In this document: positions 47,715-55,541 of the stretch, piece after piece
Layout: each line of letters starts with the position of its first letter
Numbering within the stretch: the stretch's first letter is position 1
NCBI GenBank assembly: GCA_963725505.1
Contig: CAVRYN010000012.1
Location: forward strand, 18,164-82,163
Direction: 5' to 3'
DNA from: an uncultured Verrucomicrobiae bacterium
GTDB lineage: Bacteria; Verrucomicrobiota; Verrucomicrobiia; Chthoniobacterales; UBA10450
Length of the DNA: 64,000 nucleotides
The notes under the pieces: generated by a model
What the model saw: only the letters and a program-made list of their open reading frames with translations
The model's database searches: none
What the model was told of the DNA's origin: nothing
Made by a program: the position numbers and the translations under genes

Positions 47715-49107
47715 TACTGGTTCCTTGAGTGAAAATGACTGCGCACGCCATCGCGGACCCGATCGCGGTAATCGCCCAGTGCGGCGAACGCATTACGGCG
47801 GTCTCAAACGTGTTATCGCGCATCGCCCAATGCATCGCGATCACACCGGCGGTGACGCTTCCAATTTGCAATAATTCGCGCGTGGTAAGAATCGCGTCGC
47901 CGTGTGGGTGTTGGCCGAACATACCGCCCAGCATCCGGCTCGCGATCGTGAAATCAGGCGCGCGGAAAAATACCCACGCAATGCAAACCGCCGCGTAAGT
48001 GGCAAAACCGGCGAGGACGCGCACCGGCAACGTGCTCGCCCACCGTTTGGCTTCGAACAAAACGCGAAAAATCCGTTCAATGACTAAATAAGAGCCGTGC
48101 AATAAGCCCCACACAACAAAAGTCCATGCGGCGCCGTGCCAAAGGCCACCCAGGAACATGACGATCACAAGATTAAGCGCCGCACGAAAAGGTCTGACCT
48201 GATTGCCACCGAGCGGAATGTAAAGGTAATCGCGAAGAAAAGTGGAAAGCGAAATATGCCACCGTCGCCAAAAATCAGAGAAGCCGATCGCCGCATACGG
48301 AAAGCGAAAGTTGTCTTTGAGATGGAATCCCAGGGTTAAGGCAGCGCCGATGGCGCAGATGGAATAACCGGCGAAGTCGAAAAAGATTTGCCCCGCAAAC
48401 GCGAGCACGCCCGCCCACGAATCAAGCGCGACCAGCGGCCCGGCATAGCCGAACACACGGTCGGCCGAGACAGAGAGCAACGTGTCCGCCAGCACAATTT
48501 TTTCAAACAGTCCCAGCGTCATCAGCGCCAGTCCCCAAAAGAACTGGCCTTCTTTGAGTCGCGGAGGGTGCCTAAGCTGCGGCAAAAAATCGCCAGCGCG
48601 CACAATCGGTCCGGCAACGAGCTGTGGGAAAAACGAAACCGCTAGCACGAAATCGCGCAAAGACCGCGTCGGCTGAAGCACGCCGCGATAAATGTCCAGC
48701 GTATAAGAGAGCGAATGGAAGGTGTAAAATGAAATGCCGACTGGCAGCAAGATGTCGAGATGCGGCGGTTGGTAAACGATTCCGATGCGCGCAAGCAACC
48801 ATTGGAAATTTTGCAGGAGAAAATTTCCATATTTGAAGAACCCGAGCATGCTCAGGTTCATGCAAACGCTGGCAACCAGCCAGCGGCGCTTCCGATGCGC
48901 TTGCGCCCTGGCAATCTGACGGCCGAGCCAGAAATCCATGCAGGTTGTCGAAAAGAGCAGCGCGGCAAATGGCGGGTTCCACGCGCCGTAAAAAATATAG
49001 CTCGCTACGACCAGCAGGTTTTTTCTCAGCTCCCACCCCTGAAGGCTCCAGTAAAGCGTGACGACAATCGCGAAGAAGACAACAAATGTGAGTGAATTGA
49101 AAAGCAT
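47689..49107 (-). CDS. MBOAT family O-acyltransferase (AlgI/PatA/DltB-like)
   Basis: 472 aa. FWRRWHISLSTFLRDYLYIPLGGN with the conserved His, and WHGAAWTFVVWGLLHG. Confidence 0.9.
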   Translation of the reverse strand: MLFNSLTFVVFFAIVVTLYWSLQGWELRKNLLVVASYIFYGAWNPPFAALLFSTTCMDFWLGRQIARAQAHRKRRWLVASVCMNLSMLGFFKYGNFLLQNFQWLLARIGIVYQPPHLDILLPVGISFYTFHSLSYTLDIYRGVLQPTRSLRDFVLAVSFFPQLVAGPIVRAGDFLPQLRHPPRLKEGQFFWGLALMTLGLFEKIVLADTLLSVSADRVFGYAGPLVALDSWAGVLAFAGQIFFDFAGYSICAIGAALTLGFHLKDNFRFPYAAIGFSDFWRRWHISLSTFLRDYLYIPLGGNQVRPFRAALNLVIVMFLGGLWHGAAWTFVVWGLLHGSYLVIERIFRVLFEAKRWASTLPVRVLAGFATYAAVCIAWVFFRAPDFTIASRMLGGMFGQHPHGDAILTTRELLQIGSVTAGVIAMHWAMRDNTFETAVMRSPHWAITAIGSAMACAVIFTQGTSNAFIYFQF

Positions 49108-49209
49108 TGCGACCCCGGCGATTGAAAACGCAAACTTCTAGGGATTGTTTCGCCGAATGCAAGACGGAGATGTGCTTTCGGTCAGCCGTAGCACGACAGG
49201 CCGAGCTTG

Positions 49210-49234
49210 CTGTAGCCACCGTCCTGCGGGCGGT
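49210..49234 (+). repeat. Single CTGTAGCC-hairpin unit
   Basis: CTGTAGCC ACCGTCC TGC GGGCGGT. Same architecture as the units at 42282, 42340, 59006 and 59058. Confidence 0.4.
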
Positions 49235-49649
49235 CTCTTCGGAAAAAACGCCGTCAGCTTTTCATCCGCCCGCACAACCTAACGCTTTCCGGCATCGCGG
49301 TGTGCATCTGCGAGAATTTCCCAATAACTTCATGCGCGACCTCAGCACAGTAACGAGTTGCCAATTGACTCGACAGGCCGCCATCATGATGCCTATCCGA
49401 TCTCTAATCATCTTCGCAATCACAGTCGCGCCATTAGTGGTTGGCAAAGCTTGGGGATTGTTGGGATTGAAAGGGAAACAAATTTAGCAGCTCAGAACGC
49501 GACGTACGAACCCTGTTCCGATCTGAGTCGACAAGCTGCGTCTTTTGCGGCGGGACGGCTCGGAGAAGACTGATTCAGTTCGACTTGAACTGAAACAAAG
49601 ATACGATCTCCACAGCTGGACAGCAAAACAGTCACAAGGAGATCACCAC

Positions 49650-49952
49650 ATGACCACGAAAGCCTTACTTGTTAAGCTGGAGGCAAAACCAGGCAAAGAA
49701 AACGAAGTCGCCAAATTTCTGCGCGACGGGCAGGGCTTGGTTGCACAAGAGCCTGCAACAACCGCCTGGTTCGCAATTCGACTTGGCTCAACCACGTTCG
49801 CCATCTTTGACGCATTTCCGGATGATGCCGGACGCGACGCGCACCTGTCGGGAAAAGTTGCCAAGGCGCTGATGGAGAAAGCTCCCGAGCTACTGGCGGA
49901 GCCGCCGAAGATTGAGAAGGCAGACGTATTGGCAGACAGGTTACCGGGTTAA
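49650..49952 (+). CDS. ABM-domain (putative quinol monooxygenase-like) protein
   Basis: ATG 49650. MTTKALLVKLEAKPGKENEVAKFL..WFAIRLGSTTFAIFDAFPDDAGRDAH is typical of the ABM fold. Confidence 0.65.
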   Translation: MTTKALLVKLEAKPGKENEVAKFLRDGQGLVAQEPATTAWFAIRLGSTTFAIFDAFPDDAGRDAHLSGKVAKALMEKAPELLAEPPKIEKADVLADRLPG

Positions 49953-50137
49953 TCGGCCTAAAGGTGTCCTGCTGCGTGGCGAGCTGCGACTAGGGAGAGC
50001 AAGGCAATCAAATCGGTCGGTAAAATGCCCGCCGGAGCCGATGCCAACACAGCACGTTCAAATTCGCGACCGCTGTCGCGCCGACTCTCGACACCCGTCC
50101 CAGATCGACGCGTGACTATGCCAGCGAAAGCCGACCC

Positions 50138-50275
50138 TCAGACCCGTCTGGATGTCTCATCGCGATGCGCGTCAGCAATCCAGATGGTTCGTCCCTCAGA
50201 ATCAAGGGCTGATACGCAATCCCAACTCCAATCGGCTTTGCTGAGATTGTCGGTGACGATTTCCCAGTAATTCAT
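50138..50275 (-). CDS. Small ORF of the WEI..DNLSKA.WSW..GRTIWIADAHR family (45 aa, possibly truncated), copy 3
   Basis: Minus strand from ATG 50275: MNYWEIVTDNLSKADWSWDCVSALDSEGRTIWIADAHRDETSRRV*. About 85% nucleotide identity to 43251-43355. Confidence 0.45.
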   Translation of the reverse strand: MNYWEIVTDNLSKADWSWDCVSALDSEGRTIWIADAHRDETSRRV

Positions 50276-50301
50276 TTAGACTTTGCTTGCATCGTTGCTT
50301 G

Positions 50302-50680
50302 TCATTGAAAACGACGACGGACGACAACAAACACCACGCCGGCAATGATGATTGTCCCGGCAACGAAGAACATGACAACGGCAGTCGGATTTGCCTTCAC
50401 CGCTGCCGAGCCCCCTAACTTGATCGGCTCGTGCTGGCGCTGTGCTGCGGCGGTCTTCGCGGGACTGGGATGAAACCGTTCCTGAACGTCATTAGGGAGT
50501 TCAATGAAATAGACCTTAGAAATTCCCGTTTTGGTTTTAAGCACAATCCCATTCCGATTCGACACGGATGATCGTGGCGTCCTTGTATAACTTACCCCTA
50601 ACCGTTTTGAAGTCCTCGGCCAGCGCGAGTGACGCAAACAGCGACGCTGAAATTGCCAGTGCGGTTCCCGAGTATTTCAC
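50302..50680 (-). pseudogene. Membrane-anchored protein with N-terminal DFKT..GISKVYF domain, one frameshift near 50550
   Basis: GTG 50680 gives a signal peptide, then AEDFKTVRGKLYKDATIIRVES (ORF 50537-50794). Continues NGIVLKTKTGISKVYFIELPNDVQERFH..C-terminal TM (ORF 50302-50637). Confidence 0.55.
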
Positions 50681-50909
50681 GCGGCAGATTCTGCCGCTTT
50701 TGCTCTCCACATCGCAATGACAAAATGATATGAACGGGCGCAATGACGCGGGGCCCACCGCGCGGTTTGCGAGCGCTCGATACGATCGGAACATAGGCTT
50801 GCAGCCTGTGTGCCCAGCGGGCTTTCAGGCAGTTGCTTCCTTGGCCAACTCCAAACAGCCAAAATGGCTGTTTGCCGCACAGGCAAAATGCCTATGTTCC
50901 TGCGAGCAC

Positions 50910-50993
50910 GCCGGCGTGGCGGAACTGGCAGACGCGCTGGACTCAAAATCCAGTGGCCGCAAGGCCGTGTGGGTTCGAGCCCCTCCGCCGGCA
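50910..50993 (+). tRNA. tRNA-Leu (anticodon CAA)
   Basis: Acceptor GCCGGCG/CGCCGGC. Anticodon stem CTGGA/TCCAG with loop CTCAAAA. Long variable arm. The T-arm has one U-U mismatch. No encoded CCA. Confidence 0.85.
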
Positions 50994-51107
50994 GTTCTTC
51001 CGTTCGACGTTGGATGTTCGATGTTCGGCGTTTAAAGGCGTGAATGGTTTGGCTGCCGCCAGTTGAACCCGGGCATTAACGCAACTTTCCGCTGAGGACA
51101 GCGGACG

Positions 51108-51527
51108 CTACAGCGGCGCTGTTGAAAACAATGTCCTCACAGACTCTCGCGAGAGCGCAATAATCGTGAAGACTCCGAGAATTGTTCCAAAGGGAATGAA
51201 GAGGCATTCAACGCACGCCATCACGAGAGCGAAAGTGTAACATTTGCAGCGGGAAAGGCATCTCCCAGCAATCAAAATGCAAATCGCCATCGCAATCCCG
51301 AGTAAAAACAAGAACGAACCGAGTCCGACAAAAATCCAGCCAAGAAATTCGGGCGGCAATTCCTCACCTGGTTTTGGTCCGGCAGCTGCCGGATGGCGCG
51401 CCACGAATATGAAAATCGCGCCGATCGTCGTGTAAAGAAGCGGGAAGAACGAGAAGAGCGCAGCGAGCCCAGCCACGATGTAGTGGAATATCGCAAGCAA
51501 CCGCAGATGTTCTTTCTCCTGGTTCAT
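51108..51527 (-). CDS. Hypothetical four-TM membrane protein
   Basis: 139-aa ORF with four hydrophobic segments. Family not recognised. Confidence 0.5.
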   Translation of the reverse strand: MNQEKEHLRLLAIFHYIVAGLAALFSFFPLLYTTIGAIFIFVARHPAAAGPKPGEELPPEFLGWIFVGLGSFLFLLGIAMAICILIAGRCLSRCKCYTFALVMACVECLFIPFGTILGVFTIIALSRESVRTLFSTAPL

Positions 51528-51559
51528 TTGCTTACAGGCTGCGCTGTCTCTTGCTCTCG

Positions 51560-51616
51560 CTCTTACTCATGCTCATCCGCCAACTTGATTCTAAAGAGCA
51601 TGAGCACGAGTAAGAG
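51560..51616 (-). other. Long imperfect hairpin between amtB and the downstream gene
   Basis: ctcttactcatgctcat (51560-51576) pairs with atgagcacgagtaagag (51600-51616), 16 of 17. No U-tract, so not a canonical intrinsic terminator. Confidence 0.4.
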
Positions 51617-51622
51617 GAAGAC

Positions 51623-53089
51623 TCACGAAGTGATATAGCCTTCTTCGCCGTGTTGATTAATGTCGAGGCCCTGTCGCTCGATCTCCGGCGCGATGCGCAG
51701 ACCGATCGCACCTCTAACGATGGCGCCGATGATCGCGCTTCCCACCACGGCCAGCACGATCGTGATCAAAATTGCTTTTAACTGTTCGATCCACAACGTG
51801 TGACCAACAATTCGCGCCAATCCGTTTTGCGTGGCGGGATTGAGCGATCCGGCGACGCTTAACGAAAGATTTGGATTCACAGTCGCCGTGGCGAACACGC
51901 CGGTGAGAAATGCGCCGAGCGTTCCGCCCACTGCGTGGATGCCGAAAGTATCGAGCGCATCATCATAGCCAAGCCAGGATTTTAATTTCGTGCAGGCAAA
52001 AAATGGGACGATCCCCGCAGCGACACCGATAATCACTGCGCCACTGGGAGCGACATATCCACAAGCCGGTGTAATTACCACCAGCCCGCCCACTGCGCCG
52101 GAACAAAATCCGAGCACGCTCGGTTTGCCGCGCAGCGCATACTCGAGCATGGCCCATGTGAACGATGCCACTGCCGTCGCAAGTGTTGTGGTCATGAATG
52201 CGTTTGCGGCGATTCCATCCGCCGCCAGGGCGCTTCCAGCATTGAAACCGTACCACCCCACCCAAAGCAAACCGGTCCCGACCATGCAAAGCACCATGCT
52301 GTGTGGCGCCATGATTTCTTTTCTAAATCCGAGCCGGTGTCCGAGAAGAATGCACAAGACGAGCGCCGACCAACCAGAGGTCATGTGAACGACGGTGCCG
52401 CCGGCGAAATCGATGGCGGTAATTTTCGCCGCGGGATTCCACACGCCGTTCATCCAGCCATCGATTCCCCATACCATGTGCGCGATTGGAAAATAAACTG
52501 CAAACATCCACACCCCGACAAAAACCAGCACAGCAGCGAATTTCATTCTCTCAGCAACTGCGCCTATGATTAACGCCGGCGTGATGATGGCGAACATCAG
52601 CTGATACATCGCGAAGACATTCTGCGAAACCCAGTACGAATAATCGCTGTTCGGTCGCGCATCGACGCCGTTCAAAAAAGCAAACTTCAATCCGCCGATG
52701 AAGGGCGTTCCACGGGAAAAAACGAGAGAATACCCTGCCGCCCACCAAAGAATAGTCACCAGCCCGGCAATGCCGAGACATTGCGCCAGTACTGAAAGGA
52801 CGTTCTTTGCGCGGACAAGGCCGCCGTAAAAAAGCGCCAGCCCCGGCAACGTCATAAAAAGCACCAGCGCGGCGCACGTCATCATCCACGCATTGTGGCC
52901 GGGGCCTGGACCCGCGATGTTCGACACCATTGGCGAGCCGGTATCGGCGCCGCGCGCCGAATTATTTACATAGGCTTCAAGATCAGCTATGCGCTGCTCA
53001 AGCGACGGTGAAGCAGAAGGCGACGACGTTTGCGCATGCAGCGGAGAGACGAACGCAACGATCCCGATCAGAAAAAAGATCCGCATCAT
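51623..53089 (-). CDS. amtB: Ammonium transporter
   Basis: Start at MMRIFFLIGIVAFVSPLHA (signal). Conserved AmtB blocks: DFAGGTVVHMTSGWSALV, GWYGFNAGSA, DDALDTFGIHAVGG. Confidence 0.9.
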   Translation of the reverse strand: MMRIFFLIGIVAFVSPLHAQTSSPSASPSLEQRIADLEAYVNNSARGADTGSPMVSNIAGPGPGHNAWMMTCAALVLFMTLPGLALFYGGLVRAKNVLSVLAQCLGIAGLVTILWWAAGYSLVFSRGTPFIGGLKFAFLNGVDARPNSDYSYWVSQNVFAMYQLMFAIITPALIIGAVAERMKFAAVLVFVGVWMFAVYFPIAHMVWGIDGWMNGVWNPAAKITAIDFAGGTVVHMTSGWSALVLCILLGHRLGFRKEIMAPHSMVLCMVGTGLLWVGWYGFNAGSALAADGIAANAFMTTTLATAVASFTWAMLEYALRGKPSVLGFCSGAVGGLVVITPACGYVAPSGAVIIGVAAGIVPFFACTKLKSWLGYDDALDTFGIHAVGGTLGAFLTGVFATATVNPNLSLSVAGSLNPATQNGLARIVGHTLWIEQLKAILITIVLAVVGSAIIGAIVRGAIGLRIAPEIERQGLDINQHGEEGYITS

Positions 53090-53109
53090 TACGCGTTCTC
53101 CGTTAGATT

Positions 53110-54135
53110 TCACTTCCCACCGACGTTGAGCACCACGCGGAAACGCGCCTTGCCGCTCATCATGCGCTCGTAAGCCTCGGCGGCTCGCTCCAGCGGAAAA
53201 ACTTCGTTCATCGAATGGACGCTGTTCAGCGCGCTGAAGTTCAGCGTGTCTTGTGAATCGATCGATGTCCCGGAGTACCAGCCCTTGACTGATCGGCAAC
53301 CGGTAATGAGCAGAATCGGATCCACGGAGACCGGGCCGGCTGCGCCGATCACAATGAGCACACCGTTCGGCGCAAGTCCGCCGAGCACCGCTGTCATCGC
53401 ATCGGCGTTCGTGACAGTCGCGATCACAACTTGTGCGCCGCCGAGCTTGTTCAGTTCCGCCGCTGGATCAGATGCCCGGCTATCGATGTAATGATGTGCG
53501 CCGAGTTGTTTCGCAAATGCTCCCTTGTCTTTTCCGCGCGCGATCGCGACGGTTTTGAATCCCATTCTGGCTGCGAACTGCACGCCGAGGTGACCGAGTC
53601 CGCCAATCCCGAGGACCGCAACGACATCACCGCCTCGCGCGCCGCTGTTTCTGAGCGCGTTGAAAGTCGTCACGCCAGCGCACATCAGAGGCGCTCCATC
53701 CACAGCAGAGAGCTCGTCGGGCACAAGAGCCACCGCCTCCGCAGGCGCAACCATGTATTCGGCGTAACCGCCATCGAAAGAGATGCCGGTCGTCAACAGC
53801 GCAACTTCGCACGCAAAGAACTCGCCGCGCCGGCAATGATCGCAATAGCCGCAGTTGCCGCCGTGCCAACCAACACCGACGCGCTGGCCACGTTTCCATG
53901 GCTTCACGCGTTCACCCACAGCATCGACAACTCCAATCACCTCGTGCCCCGGCACGCGCGGATATTGAATACCGGGCCAGAGTCCTTCTTTGACTAATGA
54001 ATCGCTGTGACAAACGCCACACGCGTCAACTTTGATCCGCACCCATCCCGGCTGCGGCTCGGGAATATCTCGTTCAATGAGTTCGAACGGTCCGCCAGCA
54101 CGCGGGACCTGCACAACACGCATTGTTTTAGCCAT
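53110..54135 (-). CDS. Zinc-dependent alcohol dehydrogenase
   Basis: 341 aa. CGVCHSD, GHEVIGVV, a structural Zn Cys cluster (CGYCDHCRRGEFFAC) and GIGGLGHLG Rossmann motif. Confidence 0.9.
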   Translation of the reverse strand: MAKTMRVVQVPRAGGPFELIERDIPEPQPGWVRIKVDACGVCHSDSLVKEGLWPGIQYPRVPGHEVIGVVDAVGERVKPWKRGQRVGVGWHGGNCGYCDHCRRGEFFACEVALLTTGISFDGGYAEYMVAPAEAVALVPDELSAVDGAPLMCAGVTTFNALRNSGARGGDVVAVLGIGGLGHLGVQFAARMGFKTVAIARGKDKGAFAKQLGAHHYIDSRASDPAAELNKLGGAQVVIATVTNADAMTAVLGGLAPNGVLIVIGAAGPVSVDPILLITGCRSVKGWYSGTSIDSQDTLNFSALNSVHSMNEVFPLERAAEAYERMMSGKARFRVVLNVGGK

Positions 54136-54241
54136 GAATTTTCAATCGCCTGTTCTCACAAAAAGACAAGGGCTCAGAACGACCGGTGTAGCGACGCGAA
54201 AATTATTGACGCAAAACGAGAATCCCGATTCGATCGAGCGC

Positions 54242-54706
54242 ATGAAAACACAAACGATTGGATTGACTGTAGCGTTTTGCTTTCTGGCAGGCGGACTTTG
54301 TTTTGCTGCGGACCTACAAATGGGCACGTGGAAGCTGAACGAGGCCAAATCAAAGGCCACCCCGGGGATGGGGAAAGTCACCATGGTTACCTATAAAAAC
54401 ACACTGGGGAATGTGAAGGTGGCCGTAGATGGCGTGGACGCTAAGGGCAAACCCACTCACAACGAGTGGTCGGGCAAAATCGACGGGAAAGATTATCCTG
54501 TCACCGGCGATCCGACTTCAGACGCGCGTTCCTACACGAAGGTAAATGATCGAACAATGGACTTCGCCGTTAAGAAAGGCGGAAAAACCACAACTACGGG
54601 TCGAATTGAAGTTGCTGCCGACGGCAAAAGCCGCACGGTCACCGCGACCAGGACCGATCCGAACGGCAAGAAGGTCAAGAGCACGTCGGTTTACGATGAG
54701 CAGTAA
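54242..54706 (+). CDS. Secreted beta-rich hypothetical protein
   Basis: ATG 54242. Signal peptide MKTQTIGLTVAFCFLAGGLCFA, followed by a Lys/Thr/Gly-rich beta-strand pattern. Confidence 0.5.
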   Translation: MKTQTIGLTVAFCFLAGGLCFAADLQMGTWKLNEAKSKATPGMGKVTMVTYKNTLGNVKVAVDGVDAKGKPTHNEWSGKIDGKDYPVTGDPTSDARSYTKVNDRTMDFAVKKGGKTTTTGRIEVAADGKSRTVTATRTDPNGKKVKSTSVYDEQ

Positions 54707-54752
54707 AATCAGCCGTCAGTAGTCAGTCTGCCGTGGTCGCGATCTGATCCGA

Positions 54753-55364
54753 TCAACTGCCGGTCTTCGCTTGCGCGACGTAAGCTTTGACCTGGTCGAA
54801 ATCGACGCCGAACACATTACCGACGAGCCTCCCGCCGCGATCGTAAACGTTAACCTGCGGAACGGAGTGGATGTTGAATTGCTGCGCCACGGGTGTTCCC
54901 CACCTGACGATGTCGATCTTGCGCAGCGCTACCTCAGGATCGATTTGCGCCATCTGCTCCAGGCTTGGTGAGAGGCGTCTGCACGGGCCGCACCAGTCCG
55001 CATAAAATTCGACAACGGTCACATTGCCTAGTGCGAGACACTGGTTGATGTCCACCTGCTCGCCATGAGAAATCACTTCGCTTGGCTGACCTCGACCAGC
55101 AATGGCCGCCGTCGCCTGATTGACTTTTTGTTGCGCAGAGTGAGCAGAGGCAATCGCGGGATTGTAATGAAAGCGGTCCTGCACCTCTTTAGGCAGCTCG
55201 ACAAAATAAACCTTCGAGATTCCCGACTTGGTTCTGAGCACGATGCCGTCTGGTTCGACTCGGCTAACCGTGACGTCCTTGTATTCCTTACCCTCAATCG
55301 TTTTGAAATCGTCAGCGAGCGCGACTGCCGCGAAACATAGTATTAAAGAGGTGAGAATCTTCAT
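54753..55364 (-). CDS. Secreted DFKT..GISKVYF domain fused to thioredoxin
   Basis: ATG 55364. Signal peptide, DDFKTIEGKEYKDVTVSRVEPDGIVLRTKSGISKVYFVELPKEVQDRFH, then a thioredoxin fold with WCGPC. Confidence 0.75.
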   Translation of the reverse strand: MKILTSLILCFAAVALADDFKTIEGKEYKDVTVSRVEPDGIVLRTKSGISKVYFVELPKEVQDRFHYNPAIASAHSAQQKVNQATAAIAGRGQPSEVISHGEQVDINQCLALGNVTVVEFYADWCGPCRRLSPSLEQMAQIDPEVALRKIDIVRWGTPVAQQFNIHSVPQVNVYDRGGRLVGNVFGVDFDQVKAYVAQAKTGS

Positions 55365-55541
55365 CTTGCCTTTTACTGCAAAGAATCGCGTGCCTGATCG
55401 CTCAATGACAATGTGATTACGGCGAGACTTTGGCGGCTTATGAAGTGTGATCAAGACGAAAACGAGACGTCCTCAACTCGGCGCGAGCCGTGAGCAATCT
55501 CCTTCTTGCTCGAGCGCTGGGCGTGTGGCAGAAGCCATGCA

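Noticed and set aside
50910-50993. Possible pseudo-tRNA because of a U-U mismatch in the T-stem
   Set aside because: The acceptor, D, anticodon and variable arms are otherwise canonical for tRNA-Leu. One mismatch is tolerable and could also be a base error.
53090-53299. 70-codon N-terminal extension of the amtB ORF in the track
   Set aside because: The extension overlaps the ADH gene's 3' end and is Arg-rich. A proper signal peptide follows the internal MMRIFFLIG start at 53089.
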